Source of the DNA: an uncultured Chloroflexia bacterium
Lineage (GTDB): Bacteria; Chloroflexota; Dehalococcoidia; DSTF01; JACRBR01
Length of the DNA stretch: 64,000 bases
NCBI GenBank assembly: GCA_963843685.1
Contig: CAWJLO010000006.1
Coordinates: forward strand, 41,680 to 105,679
Reading direction: 5' to 3'
Part shown: one piece after another, positions 9,960 to 18,624 of the stretch
Layout of the letters: every line of letters starts with the position of its first letter
Numbering within the stretch: the first letter of the stretch is position 1
Translations under genes and position numbers: made by a program
The notes under the pieces: generated by a model
What the model saw: the letters and a program-made list of their open reading frames with translations, nothing else
Told to the model about the DNA's origin: nothing
The model's database searches: none

Positions 9960-10694
9960 CTACGGCGTCGGCGTGGGCGCGCTTTGCGGCGGCCCTGAGA
10001 AAGCGCCCGGGTTGTCGAGCAGGCGGTCAAGCCCCGACTCGAACGCCGTCTCCTGCTGCGTCGAGTCGTCCTGCGTGATCGTGCCCGCCGTGACGGCGTC
10101 GGCGAGTCGCTTCTTGTTCGCGTCGATCAGCGCCTGCCGGAAGGCGGCGCGCGCCTGCCCGTGCGCCGCGGCGACCGCCTCAAGCGTCGCCCCCTGCGCC
10201 TGCAACTCGGTACGGAGCTGATCTTCCGTGATGCCGAGCACTGTCGCTGCAAGGGTGAGCGTCTGCCCGAACCCGGCTCCCCCGACGCCCCGTCCGCCGA
10301 AGCCGCCGCGGCCGATGGGCGTGCCTTCCGCTATGGCTGTTTGTTGGTCAGGCGACGGCGTGCGAGCGCCGAACGCCGGGCGAGTGCCTTCCGCGATCGC
10401 CGTCTCGAAATCCGGGTTCGGCGTGCCTCCGAAGGCGAACGGCGTTCCCTCCGCGATCGACGTCTGGATCGCGGGATCGGGCGTGCGGTTGCGGAAGCCA
10501 CGCGCGCTGCCGCTCGTGTTCGGCGCGCCAGCCGTTGCGGCGGCCGTCGGTGACTTCGATGCCGCGGATGTGCCGGAGCCACACGCCGCACCGAGCGCCG
10601 CAACGGCGATGAGGCCGACCGCGGCGACGGCCACCGGAAGGCGGGACGGGAGATGAAGCGACTTCACGGGTACTCTCTCTTCACTGAGTCGCAC
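9960..10694 (-). CDS. lipoprotein with three tandem ~21-aa repeats (hypothetical)
   Basis: Signal/lipobox ...AVAAVGLIAVAALGAAC-GSG. Three repeats follow: IQTSIAEGTPFAFGGTPNPD / FETAIAEGTRPAFGARTPSPD / QQTAIAEGTPIGRGGFGG. Then a helical C-terminal part. Start codon uncertain. Confidence 0.5.
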   Translation of the reverse strand: MRLSEERVPVKSLHLPSRLPVAVAAVGLIAVAALGAACGSGTSAASKSPTAAATAGAPNTSGSARGFRNRTPDPAIQTSIAEGTPFAFGGTPNPDFETAIAEGTRPAFGARTPSPDQQTAIAEGTPIGRGGFGGRGVGGAGFGQTLTLAATVLGITEDQLRTELQAQGATLEAVAAAHGQARAAFRQALIDANKKRLADAVTAGTITQDDSTQQETAFESGLDRLLDNPGAFSGPPQSAPTPTP

Positions 10695-10821
10695 GAATGC
10701 TGTCTCAGCTTACGGAGGGTGCACCCGAGAAGTATTGCCAGACGGTAACAGGCGGGCAGTTTGAGTCAGCGACGTTGGAGACATCTAACAGCATCATTGG
10801 AGCGCACGCGCCCCGGATGCC

Positions 10822-12006
10822 TCAGCCGATAACGCCACGCTCCCGCAGACCGCTGACGGATGCCGCATCGAACCCAAGCGACGCCAGCACGTCGTCCGTG
10901 TGCTGCCCGGCGACCGGCGCCGTGGACCGCACCTTCCCCGGCGTGTCGGAGAGCTTGGTGCCGATGCCGAGGTGCCGGACCTTCCCCAGCGTCGGGTGAT
11001 CGACCTCCACGACCATGTCGCGAGCGAGGTTGTGCGGGTCGCGCAACGCCTCCTCGAGCGAGTAGACGGGGCCGGCGCAGATGTCGGACTGCTTCAGGAT
11101 CTCGAACCACTCGTCGCGCGTCTTCGTCGAGAACTGCTCGCGGAAGAACGCCGCGATCTCCTCACGCTTCGATGCGTCGTACTGGTGCGGGATGAAGTCT
11201 TCGCACCCCATGGTCTTGCAGAGGTTGACGAAGAAGTGCGGTTCCAGGCTGCCGATGCTGATCCAGCCGCCGTCCTTGCACTGGTAGACGTTGTAGTGCG
11301 GCACGGAACCGTTCAGCAGCGTCGCACCGCGCGAGGGCGAGGCGCCGCCCATGAGCACGTTGCCGGCCATGCTGGCGAGCAGGTAGAGCACGCCGTCCGA
11401 CATCGCGATATCGACGTACTGGCCGCGCCCCGTGCGCTCCCGCGCCATCAGCGCCGCCAGAATGCCGAACGCGGCGTGCATGCCGCCGCCCGCGAAGTCG
11501 GCGATGATGTTCATCGGGATCGCCGGCGGCGTATCCGGCCAGCCGATCATGCCGAGCGCGCCGCCGACCGAGATGTAGTTGATGTCGTGCCCGACGAGCT
11601 GGCTGTACGGTCCCGTCTGGCCGAAGCCGGAAAGGGAGCAATACACGAGCCGCGGGTTCCGCTCCTTGAGCGTGTCGTAGTCGACCTGCAGCCGCTTGAC
11701 CACGCCGGGCCGGAACCCCTCCAGCACAACGTCGGCCGTCTCGGCCAGCTTGTAGAAGATCTCGCGCGCCTCCTGCTCCCGCAGGTTGAGCACGATGCTG
11801 CGCTTGTTGCGGCTCATGATGTTGTATGCGGCCAGCTTCTCCATGTCCTGCTGACGGCTGCCGGCGAAGGCGGGCGCCAGCTTGCCGTCGGCCGGCGCCT
11901 CCACGAGGAGCACGTCCGCGCCCATGTCGCCCAGCATCATCGAGCAGAACGGCCCCGGCGCCAGACGCGAGAGGTCGAGAATCTTGATCCCTTCGAGCGG
12001 CAGCAT
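10822..12006 (-). CDS. CoA-transferase family III (CaiB/BaiF/alpha-methylacyl-CoA racemase-like)
   Basis: 394 aa; MLPLEGIKILDLSRLAPGPFCSMMLGDMGADV...catalytic Asp region ...SDGVLYLL; typical family III length and architecture. Confidence 0.85.
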   Translation of the reverse strand: MLPLEGIKILDLSRLAPGPFCSMMLGDMGADVLLVEAPADGKLAPAFAGSRQQDMEKLAAYNIMSRNKRSIVLNLREQEAREIFYKLAETADVVLEGFRPGVVKRLQVDYDTLKERNPRLVYCSLSGFGQTGPYSQLVGHDINYISVGGALGMIGWPDTPPAIPMNIIADFAGGGMHAAFGILAALMARERTGRGQYVDIAMSDGVLYLLASMAGNVLMGGASPSRGATLLNGSVPHYNVYQCKDGGWISIGSLEPHFFVNLCKTMGCEDFIPHQYDASKREEIAAFFREQFSTKTRDEWFEILKQSDICAGPVYSLEEALRDPHNLARDMVVEVDHPTLGKVRHLGIGTKLSDTPGKVRSTAPVAGQHTDDVLASLGFDAASVSGLRERGVIG

Positions 12007-12089
12007 GTCAGTCCCTTTCGTCAGCGCTGAGTCCGGATGGAAGGGTGTCGGCTCGCGGCGCTTCGATCAAGGAGCAGGCTCCGCCGCGG

Positions 12090-13376
12090 TCACACGAACG
12101 GCCCTGCGAGAGTCAACACCAGCAGTACGAGCGAGAGCGAGATCACCACGGCCGCGGTTGCGATGCCGATCACGTTGAACGCCGGCGTGTTGACCCGGTC
12201 TCCCATCAACCCGCGGTCGTTGGTGAGGCGCAGCAGGCTGAACAACACCACCGGCAGTACGAGCGCGTCGATCACCTGGATCAGCAGCAGCGTACGCGTG
12301 AACGGGATGCCGGGGAGCAGCGCCAGCCCCATCGAGAGGACGATGATCCCGGTAAAGAGACCCATGAACACCGGCGCGCGCCGAAAGTCCTGCGACACGC
12401 CCTTCTCGACCCCGAGCGCCTCGGTGACGCTGTACGCGCTCGTCAGCGCCAGCACCGGCGCCGCCAGCAGGCACGCCCCCAGCAGCCCAACCGCGAACAG
12501 GTACTCGGATGCGGACCCGGCCACCGGCTCCAGCGCCTGCGCCGCCTGCGCCGCCGTATCGACACCAACCCCCTGACTGAACAGCGTCGCCGCCGTCGCG
12601 ACGATGATCGACACGGCGACAACGTTGGCGAGGAGCGAGCCCACGGCCACGTCCGCCTGCTCGTACACATAGTCCTCCGGCCGGACGGCCTTCTCGGCCA
12701 CGCTGGACGTGAGGTAGAGCTGCATGTAGGGCGTGATCGTGGTCCCGATGATGGCGATGATCAGCTGCACGCCGCTCGCCGAGTGGGGCACCGTCGGTAC
12801 CGCGAGCCCGTGGGCGACGGAGCCCCAGGCCGGATGCGATAGCACTGCGGCGACCGGATAGGCGACGAACACCAGCGCCATCAGCAGGAACGTCCGCTCG
12901 ACCATCTTGTAGGAACCGAAGACGACCAGCGTCCAGAGCAGCACCGCCGCGACCGGCACGGCGATCAATCGCGAAACGTGAAGCAGCTCGGCCGCCGCAC
13001 CGATACCCACAAACTCCGAAAACGCCGTGCCCAGGTTGGCAACCAGCAGCGCTGAGACGACGAACGTCGTCATGCGGATGCCGAAGTGCTCGCGCACGAG
13101 GTCCGAGAACCCCATCCCGGTCACCGCGCCCAGCCGCGCGCACATCTCCTGCACGACGATCAGTGCCACGAGGATGACGATCACCACCCACAGAAGCTGG
13201 TAGCCGTAGCGGGCCCCCGCCGCGGAGTACGTGGCGATGCCGCCGACGTCGTTGCCCGCGTTGGCTGCGATCAGGCCGGGGCCGATAACGCCTAGGAGGA
13301 GGAAGAGGCGGGGAAATCGGCGCGCGAGCGCACGCGACCGCGGCTGCTGTGCAGGGCGCGGGTCAGCATGCTCCAA
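12090..13376 (-). CDS. NRAMP/SLC11-family transporter with non-canonical metal site (NRMT-like, putative Mg2+ transporter)
   Basis: 428 aa, about 11 TM segments. TM1 GPGLIAANAGNDVGGIATYSAAGARYGYQLLWVV aligns without gaps to the canonical [34 protein letters not shown], so DPGN becomes DVGG (Asn->Gly). TM6 IIGTTITPYMQLYLTSS aligns to the canonical LIGATVMPHVIYLHSAL (Met->Thr, His->Tyr, His->Thr). Confidence 0.8.
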   Translation of the reverse strand: MEHADPRPAQQPRSRALARRFPRLFLLLGVIGPGLIAANAGNDVGGIATYSAAGARYGYQLLWVVIVILVALIVVQEMCARLGAVTGMGFSDLVREHFGIRMTTFVVSALLVANLGTAFSEFVGIGAAAELLHVSRLIAVPVAAVLLWTLVVFGSYKMVERTFLLMALVFVAYPVAAVLSHPAWGSVAHGLAVPTVPHSASGVQLIIAIIGTTITPYMQLYLTSSVAEKAVRPEDYVYEQADVAVGSLLANVVAVSIIVATAATLFSQGVGVDTAAQAAQALEPVAGSASEYLFAVGLLGACLLAAPVLALTSAYSVTEALGVEKGVSQDFRRAPVFMGLFTGIIVLSMGLALLPGIPFTRTLLLIQVIDALVLPVVLFSLLRLTNDRGLMGDRVNTPAFNVIGIATAAVVISLSLVLLVLTLAGPFV

Positions 13377-13426
13377 CCCTTGCTGCGCTCGTACGTCCGG
13401 AATGACTATCGCCCATCACTTTCGCG

Positions 13427-14773
13427 TCAGCCGCCAAACCCCCGGCTGCGCCCCCGTCTCCACGAACCCTTCAACACGACGTCGAGAACGTCGTCGACGG
13501 TCACCGCGCCCAGGAAGCGCTGCTCCTCGTCGACGACGGGGATGGCCAGAAGATTATATTCCGCAATCTTCTCCGCGACCTCTTGCGGCTCGTCGTCGGG
13601 CGCCGCGGTCACGGGCTCGCGCGTCATCACCTCGCTCACGCCCGCGGTTGAGGCGGCGATCAGCACCTGCCGCATGCTCAGCACCCCCACCAGCCGGGCC
13701 TGCTCGTCCAGCACGAAGAAGTAGTACGCGAAGTCGGGCGCGTCTTCCCGCGTCTGGTACACGTGCAACGCCTCCGCCACCGGGCGGTCGGAGGCGATCG
13801 TCAGCACGTTGGTCGTCATCACACCGCCGGCAGAATCGGGATCGTACTCCAACAGCCGGCGGACGGCTTCGGACTCAGGCGCCTCCATCTCGTCCAGCAG
13901 CTCTTCCGCCCGGACAGCCGGGACCTTCGCCAGCACGTCCGCAGCCTCGTCCGGCTCCATCTCCTCGATCAAGTCCGCGGCCTGCTCCACCGGCATCGCG
14001 CTCAGGAGCTGCGCTTGCTGTTCGGTCGAAAGCTCCTCCAGCGTGTCCGCGGCCTGCTCCTCGTCGAGCGAAGCCAGCACCTCCGCCCCCTCCTGCTTGC
14101 TCAGCTCCGACACAATGCGGGCAAGCTGTTGTGGCCGGAGCTTGCGAAGCTGGAGGTGCCCGACCTTGAGCCGTACCGACGGAGTGTCCGTCATCAGGTA
14201 CTCGACCTCGCGCCAGTCTGTGAGCATGCGGCCGGGAAATCGCGCCCTCATACCGCTCGGGACCAGCCGCCGCAGGATGGCCCGCCCGCCCGTGTCCAGC
14301 GCGACCACGCGATAGCCGTCGTAGCTGCGCGACAGATACAGGTCGTTCACCCGCACCACGCGTGTACCCCGTACGTCGATCACCTGTCGGTCGAGTACGT
14401 CGCCGGCAAGCATCAGCTCCCCGTCGCGACGCTGAAAACGACCGACGTCCAGCGCGTCTGTGTTCAGTCGGACCTCGCCCGGACGGATCGCCGCGACGTG
14501 GTGAATGGGCACGAAGAAGTCCCGCCCGCCCGCCCGGGCGACGAGGCCGGTGAGCGTTGGGTACGCCCCCTCGTTCATCCGCGCGATCACGTCTCGAACG
14601 CGCGCGATCCGCTCGCCCTGCCGCTCCACGACCGGAGAAGCGACGATCTCGGACAGCGCCATCAGCTCGGCGCGGGCGGCAACGGGTGCGGCTTGAGCCA
14701 TCCCAGGTCCCTCCGTGCCGAGGGTAGCCCGGCTGGCTCGGCGCGGGCAACCTTCACGCGACAAGCCGGCCAC
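13427..14773 (-). CDS. soluble PRC-barrel + MgtE N-domain + CBS-pair protein (MgtE cytoplasmic Mg2+-sensor module with no transmembrane pore)
   Basis: 448 aa with no TM segment. The N-terminal ~170 aa has two PRC-barrel-like units (GERIARVRDVI...FFVPIHHVAAIRPGEVRLN; GDVLDRQVIDVRGTRVVRVNDLYL). The MgtE_N helical domain follows (LSKQEGAEVLASLDEEQAADTLEELSTEQQAQLLSAMPVEQAADLIEEMEPDEAADVLAKV...LLEYDPDSAGGVMT). Then comes a CBS pair (...FFVLDEQARLVGVLSMRQVL...LAIPVVDEEQRFLGAVTVDDVLDVV) and the protein ends. It lies 50 nt upstream of the NRAMP gene on the same strand. The start may be M1 (14773) or the internal MAQAAP. Confidence 0.75.
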   Translation of the reverse strand: MAGLSREGCPRRASRATLGTEGPGMAQAAPVAARAELMALSEIVASPVVERQGERIARVRDVIARMNEGAYPTLTGLVARAGGRDFFVPIHHVAAIRPGEVRLNTDALDVGRFQRRDGELMLAGDVLDRQVIDVRGTRVVRVNDLYLSRSYDGYRVVALDTGGRAILRRLVPSGMRARFPGRMLTDWREVEYLMTDTPSVRLKVGHLQLRKLRPQQLARIVSELSKQEGAEVLASLDEEQAADTLEELSTEQQAQLLSAMPVEQAADLIEEMEPDEAADVLAKVPAVRAEELLDEMEAPESEAVRRLLEYDPDSAGGVMTTNVLTIASDRPVAEALHVYQTREDAPDFAYYFFVLDEQARLVGVLSMRQVLIAASTAGVSEVMTREPVTAAPDDEPQEVAEKIAEYNLLAIPVVDEEQRFLGAVTVDDVLDVVLKGSWRRGRSRGFGG

Positions 14774-14822
14774 AGCTCGGGATCAGGCGGCCATTCGCTC
14801 AGAAGCAGGGCAGGGAGGTCGA

Positions 14823-16070
14823 TCAGGCGTCCGGGCCGGGCTCCGACGTCCCGAGCTGGAACGGCGCTTCGCCCTCGGCCAGGAGCTGCGTGCGCGCCTG
14901 CTGCGCCACAGGCAGCCCCCAGATCTTGATGAAACCGACTGCGCTGCCCTGATCGTACTGGTCGCCTCGGTCGTAGGTTGCCAGCGCATAGCTGTACAGG
15001 CTCTTCGGAGACTTCTTCCCGACGGCGACCGCGCGCCCTTTGTGCAGCCGCACGCGTATCGTCCCCGTCACGTGCCGCTGCGTGCTGGCGGCGTACGCGG
15101 CCAGGTCCTGGTGGTGCGGCGTGAACCAGAGGCCGTTGTAGATCACGTCCGCATACTCCTGTCGCAGCGAGTTCTTCGTGCGCAACTGCGGCTTTGAAAG
15201 CGTCAACTGCTCCAGCGCCTCATGCGCGACGTGCAGCGTCCACGCCGCCGGCGCCTCGTAGATCTCGCGCGACTTGATCCCGATCAGCCGGTCTTCAACC
15301 AGGTCGGTTCGCCCGACGCCGTGCTCGCCCGCCCATTCATTCAGCGTCTGTACGAGCGTGACGCCGTCCATCTCGTGCTCGTCCAGACTCACGGGCCGCC
15401 CGCGCACGAATCCGATCTCAACCTCGCGCGGAGCGTCTGGCGCATCCTTCACCGCCCGCGTCCAGGCGTAGATCTCCTCTGGCGGCGCCACCCACGGGTC
15501 TTCCAGCATGCCCGCCTCGATGCTGCGGCCCCAGAGGTTCTCGTCCGTGCTGTACGGGCTCGCCTTCGTCGCCGGCACCGGCACGTTGCGCGCCGCCGCC
15601 CACTCGATCTGCTCCTCGCGGCTCATCCGGTGCTCTCGTACCGGAGCGACGATCTCCAGATCGGGCGCCAGCGCCTGCGTGCTGACGTCGAAGCGCACCT
15701 GGTCATTCCCCTTACCGGTGCAGCCGTGAGCGATCGCGCTGGCGCCCTCCTCGCGCGCTACGTCGACGAGCATCTTGGCGATCAGCGGCCGCCCGATTGC
15801 GGTCGCCAGCAGATACTGACCCTCGTACACCGCACCCGACATCAGCGCCGGGAAGGCGAAGTAGTCGATGAACGGCTGCTTGCCGTCGCGGACGATCGCC
15901 TTGAGAGCGCCGATCTCCATCGCGCGCTTCTCGACGGTCTGGAGGTCCTTCTCGTTGCCGAGGTCGATCGTCAGCGCGATCACGTCGAACCCGCGCTCCT
16001 CTTTGAGCCAGCGGATAGCAACCGACGTATCGAGTCCGCCGGAGTAGGCGAGGACGACCTTCTTGGCCAT
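14823..16070 (-). CDS. argG: argininosuccinate synthase
   Basis: MAKKVVLAYSGGLDTSVAIRWLKEE...AHGCTGKGNDQVRFD... The start is taken at MAKK (ATG 16070, with GAGGTG 8 nt upstream) rather than the ORF-track 16079. Confidence 0.9.
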   Translation of the reverse strand: MAKKVVLAYSGGLDTSVAIRWLKEERGFDVIALTIDLGNEKDLQTVEKRAMEIGALKAIVRDGKQPFIDYFAFPALMSGAVYEGQYLLATAIGRPLIAKMLVDVAREEGASAIAHGCTGKGNDQVRFDVSTQALAPDLEIVAPVREHRMSREEQIEWAAARNVPVPATKASPYSTDENLWGRSIEAGMLEDPWVAPPEEIYAWTRAVKDAPDAPREVEIGFVRGRPVSLDEHEMDGVTLVQTLNEWAGEHGVGRTDLVEDRLIGIKSREIYEAPAAWTLHVAHEALEQLTLSKPQLRTKNSLRQEYADVIYNGLWFTPHHQDLAAYAASTQRHVTGTIRVRLHKGRAVAVGKKSPKSLYSYALATYDRGDQYDQGSAVGFIKIWGLPVAQQARTQLLAEGEAPFQLGTSEPGPDA

Positions 16071-16152
16071 GACGGGCACCTCATGAGTCGCAGGGAGTTG
16101 GCAGCGGGATGATTCGTCTTTGTACGTGAAAGGCGGTAGCGGTGCAAACGCG

Positions 16153-17428
16153 CTACGGGTCGAGCGAGTTCATCACCAGCCCGGTCGGCAGCTTGGGGTA
16201 GAAGTACGTCGACTTCTGCGGCATGCGCCCGCCGGCGTCCGCGACCGCCATCACCTGCTCGACGGGCGTCGCGTTGAGGAGGAAAGCCGCCTGTGCGCCC
16301 CCTCGGGCGACGGTCGCCGCCGCTTCCGCGGCGTCCTGCGTGTACGTCACGGCTTCGCCGCCGGCCAGCGCCGCGTCATCGATGCCAAACGCCGGGGCGA
16401 GGATGCCGTACTGCAGCACACTCACGTCCAACCGCCGCCATGCTCCAGGCTGGCCGGCCGGCATCGCCGCGTCGACACCTGCGCGGTCGCGGAGCGTCAC
16501 CATGCGCGCCCCGTCCGGAGCCAACACCCCGAAACGCGTCTCGCGCCGATCGCCCTCGGCGAGGGCGGCGAGGACCTCCCCTCCCTGCATCGGTTCGACG
16601 TCGAACCACCGCTCGATTGCGTGCCACACAGCCGGCGTCAGCCTGCGGTGCACGAGCCGGTGCGTCGGCAGCACGAGCAGCCCCGGATCGCTGGCGTCGG
16701 TCAGCGCCATCAGCACGAAGTTCTCGGGCTCCTCCCCGGTCCAGGAAGGGGCCGATGCCCGCACTTCGTTCCGATACGTCAGTGCGGTCTCGTACCGGTG
16801 GTGGCCATCGGCGATGTACACGTCCGATCGCCGCGAGAACGTCGGCGAATGCCGCGACTCGCTTCGAATCGTCGACCGCCGAGACGACATGCCGCTGCCG
16901 GTCGGCCTCGAAGTCATAGAGCGCGCGGCCGACGAGCTTCGGCATTCTGTCGGCGCCCTGTGGCCGGTACAGGCAGTACACCGGGCTCACCTGTGTGCGC
17001 GTCGCGCGCAGCAGCTCCAGACGGTCAGCCTTGGGCCCGGAGAGCGTGTGCTCGTGCGGCTTGATGACTCCCTTCTCCCACTCCTCCAGCCGTGCGACGC
17101 AGAACACGGTGTCGCGGGAGTACGGCTGACCGGCCCACACGAACTCCTGTTTGTAGGTGTAGACCGATGGTGCTGCGTCACGCATCAGCACGCCCGCATC
17201 CCGCCAGCCCGCGAGGTCTGAGGCGGCGCGCGTGTAGCGGTTGTCGGCGGCGGTGTCGCCGCCACGTGTCTCGCCGTACTCCAGGCGCACGACGTTGTGC
17301 GGGCTGCGCCCGTACAGCGCCGCCTGCTGCTGCGGCGAGATCACATCGTATGGTGGTGCGATTGCGGCGGCGGGGTCGACGCGCGCCGCGTCGTAACGAA
17401 GCGCGCGGAACGGGCGGACGTCGGCCAT
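16153..17428 (-). CDS. DUF1015 family protein, interrupted by an apparent frameshift near 16880-16900
   Basis: N-terminal frame (start ATG 17428): MADVRPFRALRYDAARVDPAAAIAPPYDVISPQQQAALYGRSPHNVVRLEY... C-terminal frame (16153..16917): ...SDVYIADGHHRYETALTYRNEV...AFLLNATPVEQVMAVADAGGRMPQKSTYFYPKLPTGLVMNSLD, where YIADGHHR is the DUF1015 hallmark. The two frames overlap and the combined length (~425 aa) fits the family. The ORF track's 100-aa N-extension (17429..17728) is Arg-rich and rejected. Confidence 0.65.
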
Positions 17429-17511
17429 GCGGGAGTATAGGCGGCGCGCTCTCAATCGCGGTAGGACGCCGGTCTGGGGCGTAGCCACGGACGCCCGTAT
17501 AGTGTCGGTCA

Positions 17512-17841
17512 ATGTCGTTTTACTGCGTCTTCTGCGAGATCGTCGCGCACAGAGAACCGGCCCAGATCCTCCACGAAGATGATGACGTCGTGGTATTCCG
17601 CAACCGGCTGAACTGGGTACCGGTGATGCTGCTCGCCGTGCCGCGCCAGCACCTGTCGCAGGGCGAGCTATGGACGTCAGACATGATGGCGAAGGTCTCG
17701 AAAGTGGCCGCCGAAATGGGGGCGGCACACTGCCCCAACGGCTTTCGACTGCTCAGCAACTTCGGCTCCGACGCGATGCAGAGTCAGGCGCACGGACACG
17801 TGCACATCCTCGGCGGCACCTACTTGGGCGAGTACGCGTAG
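17512..17841 (+). CDS. HIT family protein (histidine triad hydrolase)
   Basis: 109 aa; CVFCEI..., LAVPRQHL, and the histidine triad HGHVHILGG. Confidence 0.8.
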   Translation: MSFYCVFCEIVAHREPAQILHEDDDVVVFRNRLNWVPVMLLAVPRQHLSQGELWTSDMMAKVSKVAAEMGAAHCPNGFRLLSNFGSDAMQSQAHGHVHILGGTYLGEYA

Positions 17842-17845
17842 CGAG

Positions 17846-18581
17846 CTAGATCTCGATGCCGAGGCCCGCGAGCGCGGCCGTCTGCGTCTCGTTGAGCTGC
17901 CGGATGCCGGCGGCGCCCAGATCGACGATGCGGTCCATCATCGCCCGGTCGAACGGCTGTCCCTCGGCCGTGCCCTGAAGCTCCACAAAGCGCCCGTCGT
18001 CCGTCATCACGACGTTGAAATCAACTTCGGCCGAAGAGTCCTCCGGGTAGTCCAGGTCCAGCACCGGCTGGCCCTCGACGATGCCGACGCTCACCGCGCC
18101 GACGAGCCCCGACATCGGCAGCGAACCGACGATGCCGTCCTTCACGAGCCGGTTGAGCGCCTGCGCCAGCGCCACGCAAGATCCGGTGATCGACGCCGTG
18201 CGCGTGCCGCCGTCCGCCCGGATGACGTCGCAATCGACGATGAAGTTGCGCTCACCGAGCAGGTCGAGGTTCGTGACGCTGCGGAGCGCCCGCCCGATCA
18301 GCCGCTGGATCTCCTGGGAGCGGCCGCTCTGCCGTCCGCGCGAGGCCTCGCGCTCCGTGCGCGTGTTCGTCGAGCGCGGGCAGCATGCCGTACTCCGCCG
18401 TCACCCAGCCGCCGCCCGTGCCGCGCAGGAACGCAGGCACGCGGTCCTCCATGCTCACGGTGCAGAGCACCCAGGTGTTGCCGAACTTCACCATTGCCGA
18501 GCCCTCCGCGTGGTCGAGGAAGTTCGGCTCAATCGTCACGGGCCGCATCTGGTCCGGACTGCGTCCGTCGTGTCGGGCCAA
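17846..18581 (-). CDS. rph: ribonuclease PH, with an apparent single-base frameshift at ~18378-18380
   Basis: N-frame (18252..18581): [56 protein letters not shown], then nonsense. Shifting by one base at ...ctgcc[c]gcgctcg... continues perfectly as [81 protein letters not shown]...(17846..18175 frame)...[20 protein letters not shown]. Confidence 0.8.
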
Positions 18582-18624
18582 CGTGCTGCTCCTTCGTCGA
18601 TATGCGGTTCGAAACCGGTAGAGC

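Noticed and set aside
12045-13191. Alternative-frame ORFs 12045..12842(+) and 12067..13191(-) over the NRAMP gene
   Set aside because: They are Arg/His-rich low-complexity products. The 12090..13376 frame gives an 11-TM NRAMP-fold protein.
16918-17728. 450-aa ORF 16376..17728 as a single protein
   Set aside because: The first 100 aa are Arg-rich with no RBS. The conserved DUF1015 N-terminus (MADVRPFRALRYD) starts at 17428. The tail after ~16890 is nonsense, while the DUF1015 C-terminus continues in the 16153..16917 frame.
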